The translations under genes and the position numbers were made by a program. A stretch of 64,000 nucleotides of DNA, taken from NCBI RefSeq assembly GCF_054482525.1, contig NZ_CM137006.1; one strand, 5' to 3'. The notes beneath the pieces were generated by a model. That model was not told the origin of the DNA. It worked only from the letters and a program-made list of their open reading frames with translations, and searched no databases. Below are positions 39,011 to 53,898 of the stretch, one piece after another. Within the stretch, counting starts at the first letter, position 1. Each line of letters starts with the position of its first letter.

Positions 39011-39025
39011 TGATAATCATTATCA
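39011..39025. promoter_or_regulatory. Fur box in the sufA promoter (proximal)
   Basis: tgataatcattatca is a near-perfect Fur palindrome ~50 bp upstream of sufA; the suf operon is known to be Fur-repressed. Confidence 0.6.
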
Positions 39026-39070
39026 CTAACATGCTGTTATACGCTGAAAGCGATGAAGTGAGGTAAATCG

Positions 39071-39439
39071 ATGGACATGCATTCAGGAACCTTTAATCCA
39101 CAGGATTTTGCCTGGCAGGGCTTAACGCTGACACCCGCAGCCGCTGTCCACATCCGCGAGCTGGTGGCAAAGCAGCCGGGTATGGTCGGCGTGCGCTTAG
39201 GCGTGAAGCAAACGGGCTGCGCGGGCTTTGGCTATGTGCTCGACAGTGTTAGCGAGCCGGACAAAGACGATCTGCTGTTTGAACACGACGGCGCGAAGCT
39301 GTTTGTCCCGCTGCAAGCGATGCCGTTTATTGATGGCACGGAAGTCGATTTCGTTCGTGAAGGACTTAATCAGATATTTAAATTTCACAACCCTAAAGCC
39401 CAGAATGAATGTGGCTGTGGCGAAAGCTTTGGGGTATAG
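39071..39439 (+). CDS. sufA: Fe-S cluster assembly A-type carrier SufA, 122 aa
   Basis: 122-aa ORF with C-terminal CGCGESF motif. Confidence 0.93.
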   Translation: MDMHSGTFNPQDFAWQGLTLTPAAAVHIRELVAKQPGMVGVRLGVKQTGCAGFGYVLDSVSEPDKDDLLFEHDGAKLFVPLQAMPFIDGTEVDFVREGLNQIFKFHNPKAQNECGCGESFGV

Positions 39440-39447
39440 GCGGTACT

Positions 39448-40935
39448 ATGTCTCGTAATACTGAAGCAACTGACGATGTCAAAACCTGGACCGGCGGCCC
39501 GCTGAATTATAAAGAAGGATTCTTCACCCAGTTAGCCACCGATGAGCTGGCAAAGGGGATAAACGAAGAGGTGGTGCGCGCAATTTCGGCGAAGCGTAAT
39601 GAGCCGGAGTGGATGCTGGAGTTTCGTCTCAACGCCTATCGCGCATGGCTGGCGATGGAAGAGCCGCACTGGTTGAAAGCGCACTACGACAAGCTGAATT
39701 ATCAGGATTACAGCTACTACTCAGCACCATCGTGCGGTAATTGTGACGACAACTGCGCGTCTGAACCCGGCGCGGTGCAGCAAACTGGCGCGAACGCCTT
39801 TTTAAGTAAAGAGGTGGAGGCGGCGTTTGAGCAGTTGGGCGTTCCCGTGCGGGAAGGCAAAGAGGTGGCGGTGGATGCCATTTTCGACTCTGTTTCGGTT
39901 GCCACCACTTATCGCGAAAAACTGGCGGAGCAGGGAATTATTTTCTGTTCCTTTGGCGAGGCGATCCACGATCACCCGGAACTGGTGCGTAAATATCTCG
40001 GCACCGTGGTGCCGGGGAATGACAACTTCTTTGCCGCACTTAATGCGGCGGTAGCCTCTGACGGTACGTTTATTTATGTGCCTAAAGGCGTGCGCTGCCC
40101 GATGGAACTTTCCACCTATTTTCGTATTAACGCGGAAAAAACCGGGCAGTTTGAGCGCACCATTCTGGTGGCCGACGAAGACAGCTACGTTAGCTACATT
40201 GAAGGCTGTTCCGCTCCGGTGCGTGACAGCTATCAGTTACACGCGGCGGTGGTGGAAGTCATCATCCATAAAAACGCCGAGGTGAAATATTCCACGGTAC
40301 AAAACTGGTTCCCTGGCGATAACAACACCGGCGGTATTCTCAACTTCGTCACCAAGCGTGCTTTGTGCGAAGGCGAAAACAGCAAAATGTCATGGACGCA
40401 ATCAGAAACCGGGTCAGCGATTACGTGGAAATATCCCAGCTGTATTTTGCGCGGCGATAACTCCATTGGTGAGTTTTACTCAGTGGCGCTGACCAGCGGT
40501 CATCAGCAAGCGGATACCGGCACCAAGATGATCCACATCGGTAAAAACACCAAATCAACCATTATCTCGAAAGGGATCTCTGCCGGACATAGTCAGAACA
40601 GTTATCGCGGCTTAGTGAAAATCATGCCGACGGCAACCAATGCGCGCAATTTCACTCAGTGCGACTCAATGCTGATTGGCGCTAATTGTGGGGCGCATAC
40701 CTTCCCGTATGTCGAATGTCGCAATAACAGTGCACAACTGGAGCACGAGGCAACGACATCACGTATTGGTGAAGATCAACTGTTTTACTGCCTGCAACGC
40801 GGGATCAGCGAAGAAGACGCCATCTCGATGATTGTTAACGGTTTCTGCAAAGACGTGTTCTCAGAACTGCCGCTGGAATTTGCCGTTGAAGCACAAAAAC
40901 TCCTCGCCATCAGTCTTGAACACAGCGTCGGATAA
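39448..40935 (+). CDS. sufB: Fe-S cluster assembly scaffold SufB, 495 aa
   Basis: Internal [17 protein letters not shown] gives 495 aa. Confidence 0.93.
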   Translation: MSRNTEATDDVKTWTGGPLNYKEGFFTQLATDELAKGINEEVVRAISAKRNEPEWMLEFRLNAYRAWLAMEEPHWLKAHYDKLNYQDYSYYSAPSCGNCDDNCASEPGAVQQTGANAFLSKEVEAAFEQLGVPVREGKEVAVDAIFDSVSVATTYREKLAEQGIIFCSFGEAIHDHPELVRKYLGTVVPGNDNFFAALNAAVASDGTFIYVPKGVRCPMELSTYFRINAEKTGQFERTILVADEDSYVSYIEGCSAPVRDSYQLHAAVVEVIIHKNAEVKYSTVQNWFPGDNNTGGILNFVTKRALCEGENSKMSWTQSETGSAITWKYPSCILRGDNSIGEFYSVALTSGHQQADTGTKMIHIGKNTKSTIISKGISAGHSQNSYRGLVKIMPTATNARNFTQCDSMLIGANCGAHTFPYVECRNNSAQLEHEATTSRIGEDQLFYCLQRGISEEDAISMIVNGFCKDVFSELPLEFAVEAQKLLAISLEHSVG

Positions 40936-40944
40936 GGAATAAAC

Positions 40945-41691
40945 ATGTTAAGTATTAAAGATTTACACGTCAGCGTGGAAGATAAAGCTATCCTGCGTCG
41001 ATTAAGCCTCGACGTTCGTCCCGGCGAAGTTCACGCCATTATGGGGCCAAACGGTTCGGGCAAAAGTACCTTATCGGCAACGCTTGCCGGGCGAGAAGAT
41101 TATGAGGTGACGGGCGGCACGGTTGAGTTCAAAGGCAAAGATTTGCTTGCGCTGTCGCCGGAAGATCGTGCAGGTGAAGGCATCTTTATGGCCTTCCAGT
41201 ATCCGGTGGAAATTCCCGGCGTCAGTAACCAGTTTTTCCTGCAAACGGCACTTAATGCGGTGCGCAGCTATCGCGGCCAGGAAACGCTCGACCGCTTTGA
41301 TTTTCAGGATTTGATGGAAGAGAAAATCGCTCTCCTGAAGATGCCGGAGGATTTATTAACCCGTTCGGTAAACGTTGGTTTTTCCGGCGGCGAGAAAAAG
41401 CGCAACGATATTTTGCAAATGGCGGTGCTGGAACCGGAGTTATGCATTCTTGATGAGTCGGACTCCGGGCTGGATATTGACGCATTAAAAGTGGTTGCCG
41501 ATGGCGTGAACTCGCTGCGTGACGGCAAGCGCTCATTCATCATTGTTACGCACTACCAACGCATTCTCGACTACATCAAGCCTGATTACGTCCATGTGCT
41601 GTATCAGGGACGAATTGTGAAATCCGGCGATTTCACGTTGGTCAAACAACTGGAGGAGCAGGGTTATGGCTGGCTTACCGAACAGCAGTAA
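40945..41691 (+). CDS. sufC: Fe-S cluster assembly ATPase SufC, 248 aa
   Basis: ABC ATPase with Walker A GPNGSGKST. Confidence 0.95.
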   Translation: MLSIKDLHVSVEDKAILRRLSLDVRPGEVHAIMGPNGSGKSTLSATLAGREDYEVTGGTVEFKGKDLLALSPEDRAGEGIFMAFQYPVEIPGVSNQFFLQTALNAVRSYRGQETLDRFDFQDLMEEKIALLKMPEDLLTRSVNVGFSGGEKKRNDILQMAVLEPELCILDESDSGLDIDALKVVADGVNSLRDGKRSFIIVTHYQRILDYIKPDYVHVLYQGRIVKSGDFTLVKQLEEQGYGWLTEQQ

Positions 41692-42937
41692 CGCGCTGCA
41701 ACAGTGGCATCACTTGTTTGAAGCTGAAGGGACAAAACGCTCACCGCAAGCACAGCAGCATTTACAACAATTGCTGCGTACCGGACTGCCGACACGTAAA
41801 CATGAAAACTGGAAATATACGCCGCTGGAAGGGCTGACCAATAGCCAGTTTGTCAGCATTGCGGGAGAGATATCCCCACAGCAGCGTGATGCCTTAGCGT
41901 TAACGTTAGACGCCGTGCGGCTGGTGTTTGTCGATGGACGTTACGTGTCAGCACTGAGCGATGCAACTGAAGGCAGCGGATATGAAGTGAGCATTAACGA
42001 CGACCGTCAGGGGTTACCCGACGCTATTCAGGCGGAAGTGTTTCTGCATTTGACGGAAAGCCTGGCACAAAGCGTGACGCATATCGCCGTGAAGCGCGGT
42101 CAACGACCGGCAAAGCCATTGCTGTTAATGCATATCACCCAGGGCGTGGCAGGTGAAGAGGTCAACACTGCCCATTACCGACATCATCTGGATCTGGCGG
42201 AAGGTGCCGAAGCAACGGTGATCGAACATTTTGTCAGCCTTAATGATGCTCGTCACTTCACCGGCGCACGGTTCACTATCAACGTCGCAGCGAACGCCCA
42301 CTTGCAGCATATCAAGCTGGCGTTTGAAAACCCGCTCAGTCACCACTTTGCCCATAACGATTTGTTGCTGGCTGACGATGCCACCGCATTTAGCCACAGT
42401 TTCCTGCTGGGTGGCGCAGTGTTACGACACAACACCAGTACGCAACTCAATGGCGAAAACAGCATGTTGCGGATCAATAGCCTGGCGATGCCGGTGAAAA
42501 ACGAGGTGTGTGATACCCGTACCTGGCTGGAACACAATAAAGGTTTTTGTAACAGCCGACAGTTGCACAAAACTATCGTCAGCGACAAAGGCCGCGCGGT
42601 ATTTAACGGTTTGATCAACGTCGCGCAGCACGCCATCAAAACGGATGGTCAGATGACCAACAATAATCTGCTGATGGGCAAACTGGCGGAAGTGGATACG
42701 AAACCGCAGCTGGAAATCTATGCAGATGATGTGAAATGCAGCCACGGCGCGACGGTGGGGCGTATTGATGATGAACAGATGTTCTATCTGCGCTCGCGCG
42801 GGATCAATCAGCAGGATGCCCAGCAGATGATCATTTACGCCTTTGCTGCCGAATTGACGGAAGCACTGCGTGATGAGGGGCTTAAACAGCAGGTGCTGGC
42901 CCGAATCGGTCAACGGCTGCTAGGAGGTGCAAGATGA
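41666..42937 (+). CDS. sufD: Fe-S cluster assembly protein SufD, 423 aa
   Basis: 423-aa ORF overlapping the sufC 3' end. Confidence 0.93.
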   Translation: MAGLPNSSNALQQWHHLFEAEGTKRSPQAQQHLQQLLRTGLPTRKHENWKYTPLEGLTNSQFVSIAGEISPQQRDALALTLDAVRLVFVDGRYVSALSDATEGSGYEVSINDDRQGLPDAIQAEVFLHLTESLAQSVTHIAVKRGQRPAKPLLLMHITQGVAGEEVNTAHYRHHLDLAEGAEATVIEHFVSLNDARHFTGARFTINVAANAHLQHIKLAFENPLSHHFAHNDLLLADDATAFSHSFLLGGAVLRHNTSTQLNGENSMLRINSLAMPVKNEVCDTRTWLEHNKGFCNSRQLHKTIVSDKGRAVFNGLINVAQHAIKTDGQMTNNNLLMGKLAEVDTKPQLEIYADDVKCSHGATVGRIDDEQMFYLRSRGINQQDAQQMIIYAFAAELTEALRDEGLKQQVLARIGQRLLGGAR

Positions 42938-44154
42938 CTTTTTCCGTCGACAAAGTGCGGGCCGATTTTCCGGTGCTTTCTCGTGAGGTGAACGGTTTGC
43001 CGCTGGCTTATCTCGACAGCGCCGCCAGTGCGCAGAAACCAAGCCAGGTGATTGACGCCGAGGCTGAGTTTTATCGTCACGGCTACGCGGCGGTGCATCG
43101 CGGTATTCATACCTTAAGCGCCCAGGCGACCGAGAAAATGGAGAACGTGCGCAAGCGGGCATCGCTGTTTATTAATGCCCGTTCGGCGGAAGAGCTGGTG
43201 TTCGTCCGCGGCACGACGGAAGGGATCAATCTGGTCGCCAATAGTTGGGGCAACAGCAACGTGCGGGCGGGCGATAACATCATCATCAGTCAGATGGAGC
43301 ACCACGCTAACATTGTTCCCTGGCAGATGCTTTGCGCACGCGTTGGCGCAGAGCTGCGTGTGATCCCTCTCAACCCCGACGGTACGCTGCAACTGGAGAC
43401 GCTGCCTACGCTGTTTGATGAGAAAACTCGCCTGCTGGCAATTACCCATGTCTCCAACGTGCTTGGGACAGAAAATCCGCTGGTGGAGATGATCACGCTT
43501 GCGCATCAACATGGCGCAAAAGTACTGGTGGATGGCGCTCAGGCGGTGATGCATCATCCGGTGGATGTTCAGGCGCTGGATTGCGATTTTTACGTGTTCT
43601 CCGGGCATAAACTGTATGGCCCCACCGGGATTGGCATTCTTTATGTCAAAGAAGCCTTGCTACAGGAGATGCCGCCGTGGGAAGGGGGCGGTTCTATGAT
43701 CGCCACCGTCAGCCTGAGTGAAGGCACTACCTGGACCAAAGCACCGTGGCGGTTTGAAGCCGGCACACCCAATACCGGAGGCATCATTGGTCTTGGCGCG
43801 GCGCTGGAGTATGTGTCGGCGCTGGGGCTTAATAACATAGCCGAGTATGAACAGAATCTGATGCACTACGCGCTATCACAGCTGGAATCTGTACCGGATC
43901 TCACTCTCTATGGTCCCCAGAACAGACTTGGCGTTATTGCTTTTAATCTTGGTAAACACCACGCCTATGATGTTGGCAGTTTTCTCGATAATTACGGCAT
44001 TGCTGTGCGTACCGGACATCACTGCGCTATGCCATTAATGGCCTATTACAACGTTCCTGCCATGTGTCGGGCGTCGCTGGCTATGTATAACACCCATGAA
44101 GAAGTGGATCGTCTGGTGACCGGCCTGCAACGTATTCACCGTCTGCTGGGATAA
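42934..44154 (+). CDS. sufS: Cysteine desulfurase SufS, 406 aa
   Basis: Class V aminotransferase sequence; 4-bp overlap with sufD. Confidence 0.95.
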   Translation: MTFSVDKVRADFPVLSREVNGLPLAYLDSAASAQKPSQVIDAEAEFYRHGYAAVHRGIHTLSAQATEKMENVRKRASLFINARSAEELVFVRGTTEGINLVANSWGNSNVRAGDNIIISQMEHHANIVPWQMLCARVGAELRVIPLNPDGTLQLETLPTLFDEKTRLLAITHVSNVLGTENPLVEMITLAHQHGAKVLVDGAQAVMHHPVDVQALDCDFYVFSGHKLYGPTGIGILYVKEALLQEMPPWEGGGSMIATVSLSEGTTWTKAPWRFEAGTPNTGGIIGLGAALEYVSALGLNNIAEYEQNLMHYALSQLESVPDLTLYGPQNRLGVIAFNLGKHHAYDVGSFLDNYGIAVRTGHHCAMPLMAYYNVPAMCRASLAMYNTHEEVDRLVTGLQRIHRLLG

Positions 44155-44166
44155 CAGGGAGGCACT

Positions 44167-44583
44167 ATGGCTTTATTGCCGGATAAAGAAAAATTGCTGC
44201 GTAATTTTTTACGCTGCGCCAACTGGGAAGAGAAATATCTCTACATTATTGAGCTGGGCCAGCGTCTGCCAGAATTACGCGACGAAGACCGAAGCCCACA
44301 AAATAGCATTCAGGGCTGCCAGAGTCAGGTGTGGATTGTCATGCGCCAGAATGCCCAGGGAATTATTGAATTGCAGGGCGACAGCGATGCGGCGATTGTG
44401 AAAGGGCTTATTGCGGTCGTCTTTATTCTCTATGATAAAATGACGCCGCAGGATATTGTCAATTTCGATGTGCGTCCGTGGTTTGAAAAAATGGCGCTGA
44501 CCCAACATCTCACCCCATCTCGTTCACAAGGTCTGGAAGCGATGATTCGCGCAATTCGCGCCAAAGCCGCTGCACTTAGCTAA
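44167..44583 (+). CDS. sufE: Sulfur acceptor SufE, 138 aa
   Basis: 138-aa ORF; last gene of the suf operon. Confidence 0.93.
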   Translation: MALLPDKEKLLRNFLRCANWEEKYLYIIELGQRLPELRDEDRSPQNSIQGCQSQVWIVMRQNAQGIIELQGDSDAAIVKGLIAVVFILYDKMTPQDIVNFDVRPWFEKMALTQHLTPSRSQGLEAMIRAIRAKAAALS

Positions 44584-44731
44584 ACTAAAGGGACAGCTTT
44601 CATCCGGTTGGCTCACATTGCCGGATGGTCAATGTTTACACTGACCTGCACAGGAGTGTTTTGGTTTCAGGTGAACATAAGTACCATCCGACGTTTCAGC
44701 GTGAGTCTCCGGCAAATACAGGAGGTTTACA

Positions 44732-45736
44732 ATGAAACGCGCGTCTTTGCTTACACTCACGCTTATCGGCGCTTTCAGCGCCATCCAGGCTGCCTGGGCG
44801 GTTGATTATCCGCTACCTCCAACCGGAAGCCGACTGGTTGGGCAAAATCAAACGTATACGGTGCAAGAAGGGGATAAAAACCTTCAGGCCATCGCCCGAC
44901 GTTTTGATACTGCGGCAATGTTGATCCTTGAAGCCAATAACACTATCGCCCCGGTGCCAAAACCTGGTACGACGATAACTATTCCTTCGCAACTGTTATT
45001 ACCTGATGCGCCGCGTCAGGGGATTATCGTTAACCTGGCAGAGCTGCGCCTTTATTATTATCCGCCGGGAGAAAATATCGTGCAGGTCTATCCGATAGGT
45101 ATTGGTTTGCAGGGGCTGGAAACGCCAGTGATGGAAACGCGTGTGGGGCAGAAAATCCCTAACCCAACCTGGACGCCTACGGCGGGCATTCGTCAGCGTT
45201 CGCTGGAGCGTGGCATTAAATTACCGCCAGTCGTTCCTGCCGGGCCAAATAACCCACTAGGACGTTACGCACTGCGCCTCGCGCATGGTAATGGCGAATA
45301 CCTCATTCACGGCACCAGTGCGCCGGACAGCGTCGGTTTGCGCGTCAGTTCAGGGTGTATTCGCATGAATGCACCGGATATTAAAGCCTTATTCTCCAGC
45401 GTGCGGACGGGAACGCCGGTGAAAGTGATCAACGAACCTGTGAAATATTCCGTGGAGCCTAACGGGATGCGTTATGTTGAAGTACATCGACCACTATCGG
45501 CAGAAGAACAGCAGAACGTTCAGACAATGCCATACACACTGCCAGCAGGCTTTACGCAATTTAAAGACAATAAGGGTGTAGATCAGAAATTAGTCGATAA
45601 AGCGTTGTATCGTCGGGCAGGGTATCCGGTTGCGGTGAGCAGTGGAGCAACTCCCGCAGCCAGCAATGCGCCTTCAGTAGAGTCAGCGCAGAATGGTGAA
45701 CCAGAGCAAGGGAATATGTTACGCGCGACGCAGTAG
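44732..45736 (+). CDS. ldtE: L,D-transpeptidase LdtE (YnhG), 334 aa
   Basis: Signal peptide, LysM-like N-terminus and YkuD domain with the catalytic ...SSGCIRM... region. Confidence 0.9.
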   Translation: MKRASLLTLTLIGAFSAIQAAWAVDYPLPPTGSRLVGQNQTYTVQEGDKNLQAIARRFDTAAMLILEANNTIAPVPKPGTTITIPSQLLLPDAPRQGIIVNLAELRLYYYPPGENIVQVYPIGIGLQGLETPVMETRVGQKIPNPTWTPTAGIRQRSLERGIKLPPVVPAGPNNPLGRYALRLAHGNGEYLIHGTSAPDSVGLRVSSGCIRMNAPDIKALFSSVRTGTPVKVINEPVKYSVEPNGMRYVEVHRPLSAEEQQNVQTMPYTLPAGFTQFKDNKGVDQKLVDKALYRRAGYPVAVSSGATPAASNAPSVESAQNGEPEQGNMLRATQ

Positions 45737-45751
45737 CGGTAAATGGCAGGC

Positions 45752-45784
45752 AAAAAAAATGGCGCACAATGTGCGCCATTTTTC
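45752..45784. terminator. Bidirectional Rho-independent terminator between ldtE and lpp
   Basis: aaaaaaaa-tggcgcacaatgtgcgcca-ttttt: perfect hairpin with A-run and T-run flanks. Confidence 0.75.
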
Positions 45785-45799
45785 ACTTCACAGGTACTA

Positions 45800-46048
<249 letters not shown>

Positions 46049-46291
46049 CTAGATTGAGTTAATCTCCATGTAGCGTTACAAGTATTACACAAAGTTTTTT
46101 ATGTTGAGAATATTTTTTTGATGGGAAGGCACTTATTTTTGATCGTTCGCTCAAAGAAGCATCGAACGCTGGGTTTTAGATAAAAAAATTGAGAGAAAAC
46201 AGGATGCTTCCATCGGATTCATCTTAGATAAAGTGAGATTATATAGTGAAATCCGATTTGATTTTTTATTGCTTCTGGTTATCGATTAAAT

Positions 46292-46316
46292 AAAAAAAGC
46301 GCCCATCAGGGCGCTT
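46292..46316 (-). terminator. Rho-independent terminator downstream of pykF
   Basis: gcgccctgatgggcgc hairpin followed by a T-run on the minus strand. Confidence 0.6.
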
Positions 46317-46346
46317 CGATATACAAATTAATTCACAAAAGCAATA

Positions 46347-47759
46347 TTACAGGACGTGAACAGATGCGGTGTTAGTAGTGCCGCTCGGTACCAGTGCACC
46401 AGAAACCATAACTACAACGTCACCTTTGTGTGCCAGACCGCTCTGCAGAGCCAGTTCTTTACCCAGACGGTAGAAATCATCAGTAGAAGTGATCTCTTTA
46501 ACCAGCTGCGGCACAACGCCTTTGCTCAGTACCAACTGATGAGCCGTTTTTTCGTTGGTGGTCAGTGCCAGGATGGTGGCATCCGGGAAGTATTTACGTA
46601 CTGCGCGAGCAGATTTACCGCCCTGGGTAGCAACCACGATCAGCGGAGCATCCAGTTTTTCAGCAGTTTCAACGGCACCACGGCATACCGCTTCGGTAAT
46701 GCGCAGTTTACGGTTGTCATTGTTGAACTCGAGACGGCTGTTCATCACGCGGTCGGTACGTTCGCAGATGGTCGCCATGATAGAAACCGCTTCCAGCGGG
46801 TATTTACCTTTTGCGGATTCACCAGACAGCATCACTGCGTCAGTACCGTCGAGGATGGCGTTTGCAACGTCACCGGCTTCTGCGCGAGTCGGGCGTGGGT
46901 TTTTGATCATGGAATCCAACATCTGGGTCGCAGTGATAACGACTTTACGTGCACGGATACATTTTTCGATCATCATCTTCTGGGCGAAGATAACTTCTTC
47001 TACCGGGATTTCTACACCCAGGTCGCCACGCGCAACCATGATGCCGTCAGAGGCTTCGAGGATTTCGTCGAAGTTGTTGAGGCCTTCCTGGTTTTCGATT
47101 TTGGAGATGATGTGGATGTTTTCGCCGCCGTGCGCTTTCAGGTGCTCACGGATTTCGATAACGTCAGAACGCTTACGAATAAAGGAAGCAGCAACAAAGT
47201 CAACGCCTTGTTCGCAACCAAAGATCAGGTCCTGTTTGTCTTTTTCAGCCAGTGCTGGCAGGGCAATGGAAACGCCTGGCAGGTTCACACCTTTGTTTTC
47301 GCCCAGGTCGCCGTTGTTCAGCACTTTACAGATAACTTTGTTACCTTCAATGGCGGTAACTTCCATACCGATCAGACCATCGTCAACCAGTACGGTGTTG
47401 CCAACAGACAGGTCAGTAGTGAAACCTTCATACGTTACCGCAACCATTTCGCTGTTGCCGATAACAGATTTATCAGTGGTGAAAGTAAAGGTCTGACCCG
47501 CTTTCAGAGAAACGTCGTTACCGCCTTCCAGTTTCATGGTGCGGATTTCCGGACCTTTGGTATCAAGCAGGATAGCGGCGGTTTTACCAGTTTTGCTCAT
47601 CACGTTGCGCAGATTCTGAATGCGCTGACCGTGTTCTGCATAGTCACCATGAGAGAAGTTCAGACGCATAACGTTCATGCCAGCGTCCAGCATTTTAGCT
47701 AACATCTCTTCAGATTCGGTTTTCGGTCCGATGGTGCAAACAATTTTGGTCTTTTTCAT
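46347..47759 (-). CDS. pykF: Pyruvate kinase I PykF, 470 aa
   Basis: Internal [41 protein letters not shown] gives 470 aa; the longer ORF-track start is not credible. Confidence 0.95.
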
Positions 47760-48315
47760 GACAGTCTTAGTCTTTAAGTTGAGAAGGATGGGAGAAACTT
47801 GCTTTCTGGGCGCACTGCCGGAAAGCGAATCCGGTATTACGAAAGTGGTGGTGCCTCGCTCTAAGGATAGGTGACATCGAAAAAGCGTGCAGAGGAATGT
47901 GTGCTTGTGTCTCAGCCCAACGTGAGTGCCTGTTTTTGAGTCGTTGAGTTCTACAGTCCAAAGTGCTGAAACCATTCAAGAGTCAATTGGCGCGCATTAT
48001 ACGCTGAAATTAATCCAAAAGGAAAACAAAAACAGCGTTTCAAAAAATATACAACTTGTTAGACAATAAATTGTTATCAAAGATTTAACGTTCCAGGGAA
48101 AAGGTTACGCAAAAACTTCGCTGTTTGCGCAACGTCTGGTGCCGGGGTTGTCAGTGTGAGGATAAGTGAGAGTTCATCCGGTGTATAAATACATCATCGC
48201 TCAATTGCTACAGTGAAAATAATTTATCGCGTTATTTGTCTGATTTTGTTTGGTTTTTGTTTAATTGGTTAGATTGATATATGCTGATAGTTGGCATGAT
48301 AAATAGGTATAAAGA

Positions 48316-48525
48316 ATGGGAAACCGGACAAAAGAGGATGAACTGTACCGAGAAATGTGCAGAGTTGTCGGTAAAGTTGTGCTGGAAATGCGCGATCTGG
48401 GGCAGGAACCAAAGCATATTGTTATCGCAGGCGTATTACGTACAGCATTAGCCAATAAACGCATTCAGCGCAGTGAGCTGGAAAAGCAGGCGATGGAAAC
48501 CGTCATTAACGCACTGGTAAAATGA
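48316..48525 (+). CDS. ydhZ: Small protein YdhZ (FumD), 69 aa
   Basis: 69-aa ORF MGNRTKEDELYREMCRVVGKVV...; synteny next to pykF. Confidence 0.8.
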   Translation: MGNRTKEDELYREMCRVVGKVVLEMRDLGQEPKHIVIAGVLRTALANKRIQRSELEKQAMETVINALVK

Positions 48526-48765
48526 CCATTCAGGATGAGGCGGTAAGCTTCATCCTGATATTCTTGCTTCAGTTGCGCTCCAGTTAATCACTCTAAATAA
48601 CAACTGCTGAAATTATACGAATTTCGGTATGTATTTTAATTTATAGCGATAATGTTATTTTTATTTTCTGCAATGAACGTCACAAATAATTGTCGCTTAA
48701 GTTAAATTTATTTCAAATGATAATAAATATCAGTTCACTTATAATTTCTTGCTTTGTGATTTTAA

Positions 48766-48779
48766 TTGATAACGATCAA
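48766..48779. promoter_or_regulatory. FNR-box-like site (TTGAT-aacg-ATCAA) upstream of ydhY
   Basis: Perfect TTGAT-N4-ATCAA in the AT-rich region upstream of the ydhYVWXUT operon, which is known to be FNR-dependent. Confidence 0.55.
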
Positions 48780-48980
48780 TGTTAAGGGCTCAGAATAATC
48801 ACATTATTTTTTCTCCTAACCATAAAGGATTAGTTTATCGGCGTTAAATCTTTTCTCATACACTATCGGGTTAGGGAAAATATCTGGTGTTGGGGACAGA
48901 GTCAGCAGCGTATTAGTTGAATGCTTAATATCAGGCTGCTGAATTGTCAGCACTGTGTTTGCGAAGAGGATGCGAAATAA

Positions 48981-51730
<2,750 letters not shown>

Positions 51731-51733
51731 GGA

Positions 51734-52381
51734 ATGGGTGAGATGAACCATCAGGATGAATTGCCGTTAGCGGAAGTCAGCGAAGTTGATGAGGCGAAGC
51801 GGCAATGGTTGCAGGGGATGCGTCACCCCGTTGATAAGGTAACCGAACCAGAACCTGCTGAAATCCTGGCAGAGTTCATTCGCCAGCATTCTGCGGCTGG
51901 GCAGCTGGTGGCGCGCGCCGTGTTTCTCTCGCCACCCTATTCGGTTGCAGAAGAGGAACTGTCAGTTTTGCTGGAAAACATTAAGCAGAACGGAGACTAC
52001 GCGGATATCGCGTGTATGACGGGAAGCCAGGATGATTACTATTACTCAACGCAGGCCATGAGTGAAAACTACGCGGCGATGTCTTTGCAAGTTGTGGAGC
52101 AGGACATTTGTCGCGCCATTGCACATGCCGTTCGTTTTGAGTGCCAGACGTATCCTCGTCCTTACAAAGTCGCCATGCTGATGCAAGCGCCATATTACTT
52201 CCAGGAAGCGCAGATTGAAGCCGCGATCGCCGCGATGGATGTTGCACCTGAATATGCCGATATACGGCAGGTGGAGTCATCGACGGCGGTGTTGTACTTG
52301 TTTAGCGAGCGATTTATGACCTATGGCAAGGCGTATGGCTTATGCGAATGGTTCGAGGTAGAGCAGTTTCAGAACCCCTGA
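51734..52381 (+). CDS. ydhW: Uncharacterised protein YdhW, 215 aa
   Basis: 215-aa ORF; operon position. Confidence 0.85.
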   Translation: MGEMNHQDELPLAEVSEVDEAKRQWLQGMRHPVDKVTEPEPAEILAEFIRQHSAAGQLVARAVFLSPPYSVAEEELSVLLENIKQNGDYADIACMTGSQDDYYYSTQAMSENYAAMSLQVVEQDICRAIAHAVRFECQTYPRPYKVAMLMQAPYYFQEAQIEAAIAAMDVAPEYADIRQVESSTAVLYLFSERFMTYGKAYGLCEWFEVEQFQNP

Positions 52382-52444
52382 AATTTCAGGGAGATGTCAT
52401 GGATAGGGTGGACAGTTGCAGCCACTGCATTAGGGGATAATCAG

Positions 52445-53113
52445 ATGTCCTTCACTCGACGCAAATTTGTTCTGGGGATGGGAACAGTAATCTTTTTTAC
52501 TGGTTCTGCGTCTTCTCTGTTAGCGAACACGAGGCAAGAAAAGAAAGTTCGGTATGCCATGATTCATGACGAGTCACGGTGCAATGGCTGTAATATTTGC
52601 GCCCGCGCATGCCGTAAAACCAATCACGTCCCCGCTCAGGGAAGCCGTTTATCGATAGCACACATTCCAGTCACCGATAACGACAACGAAACGCAGTATC
52701 ACTTTTTTCGCCAGTCATGTCAGCACTGCGAAGATGCTCCGTGCATCGACGTTTGTCCGACAGCGGCATCGTGGCGTGATGAGCAGGGGATCGTACGGGT
52801 AGAAAAATCGCAGTGCATCGGCTGCAGTTATTGCATTGGCGCTTGTCCTTACCAGGTTCGCTACCTTAACCCTGTCACTAAAGTGGCAGATAAATGTGAT
52901 TTCTGCGCTGAGTCCCGACTGGCAAAAGGCTTTCCGCCCATTTGCGTCAGCGCCTGCCCGGAACACGCCTTGATCTTTGGTCGCGAAGATAGCCCAGAAA
53001 TTCAGGCGTGGTTGCAGGAAAATAAATACTATCAATATCAGCTACCTGGTGCCGGGAAACCGCACCTGTATCGCCGGTTCGGTCAACATTTGATTAAAAA
53101 GGAAAATGTATGA
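52445..53113 (+). CDS. ydhX: Tat-signal 4Fe-4S ferredoxin-like protein YdhX, 222 aa
   Basis: Internal ATG MSFTRRKFVLGMG carries a twin-arginine motif; Cys clusters. Confidence 0.88.
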   Translation: MSFTRRKFVLGMGTVIFFTGSASSLLANTRQEKKVRYAMIHDESRCNGCNICARACRKTNHVPAQGSRLSIAHIPVTDNDNETQYHFFRQSCQHCEDAPCIDVCPTAASWRDEQGIVRVEKSQCIGCSYCIGACPYQVRYLNPVTKVADKCDFCAESRLAKGFPPICVSACPEHALIFGREDSPEIQAWLQENKYYQYQLPGAGKPHLYRRFGQHLIKKENV

Positions 53114-53895
53114 ACCCGTCGCAACATGCTGAACAGTTTCAGAGCCAGTTGGCGAACTATGTGCCACAGTTCACTCCCCAATTTTGGCCGGTGTGGTTGA
53201 TCATTGCCGGACTATTGCTGGTAGGGATGTGGTTGGTGCTGGGGCTGCATGCCTTGCTTCGTGCTCGTGGCGTGAAGAAATCAGCCACCGATCATGGTGA
53301 GAAGATTTATCTTTACAGCAAAGCGGTCAGATTATGGCACTGGTCGAATGCGTTACTCTTTGTATTGTTGCTGGCAAGTGGGCTGATAAATCACTTTGCG
53401 CTGGTGGGCGCAACTGCGGTTAAAAGTCTGGTTGCGGTGCATGAAGTTTGCGGATTTTTGTTACTGGCATGCTGGCTTGGCTTTGTTCTGATCAATGCCG
53501 TTGGGGGTAATGGTCACCACTATCGCATTCGTCGTCAGGGGTGGCTGGAGCGAGCGGCAAAACAAACGCGATTCTATTTGTTTGGCATTATGCAGGGGGA
53601 AGAACATCCTTTCCCGGCAACAACCCAGTCTAAATTTAATCCCTTACAGCAGGTTGCCTATCTTGGTGTCATGTATGGATTGCTGCCGTTGTTACTATTG
53701 ACGGGGCTGCTGTGTCTCTATCCGCAAGCCGTGGGAGATGTGTTTCCTGGCGTAAGATACTGGTTATTGCAGGCGCATTTTGCTCTGGCATTTATAAGCC
53801 TCTTTTTTATCTTCGGTCATCTTTATCTTTGCACCACGGGGCGTACGCCACACGAAACCTTTAAAAGCATGGTCGATGGCTATCACCGGCACTAA
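53110..53895 (+). CDS. ydhU: Membrane cytochrome b-like protein YdhU (PhsC-like), 261 aa
   Basis: Multi-TM ORF; 4-bp overlap with ydhX. Confidence 0.88.
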   Translation: MNPSQHAEQFQSQLANYVPQFTPQFWPVWLIIAGLLLVGMWLVLGLHALLRARGVKKSATDHGEKIYLYSKAVRLWHWSNALLFVLLLASGLINHFALVGATAVKSLVAVHEVCGFLLLACWLGFVLINAVGGNGHHYRIRRQGWLERAAKQTRFYLFGIMQGEEHPFPATTQSKFNPLQQVAYLGVMYGLLPLLLLTGLLCLYPQAVGDVFPGVRYWLLQAHFALAFISLFFIFGHLYLCTTGRTPHETFKSMVDGYHRH

Positions 53896-53898
53896 CGA

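Noticed and set aside
46356-47702. 448-aa and 313-aa plus-strand ORFs overlapping pykF
   Set aside because: Antisense to pykF, whose 470-aa product is recognisable; low-complexity translations
46347-47975. Extended 542-aa version of pykF from the ORF track
   Set aside because: The upstream 72 codons are not part of PykF; the internal ATG at 47759 yields the canonical 470-aa protein
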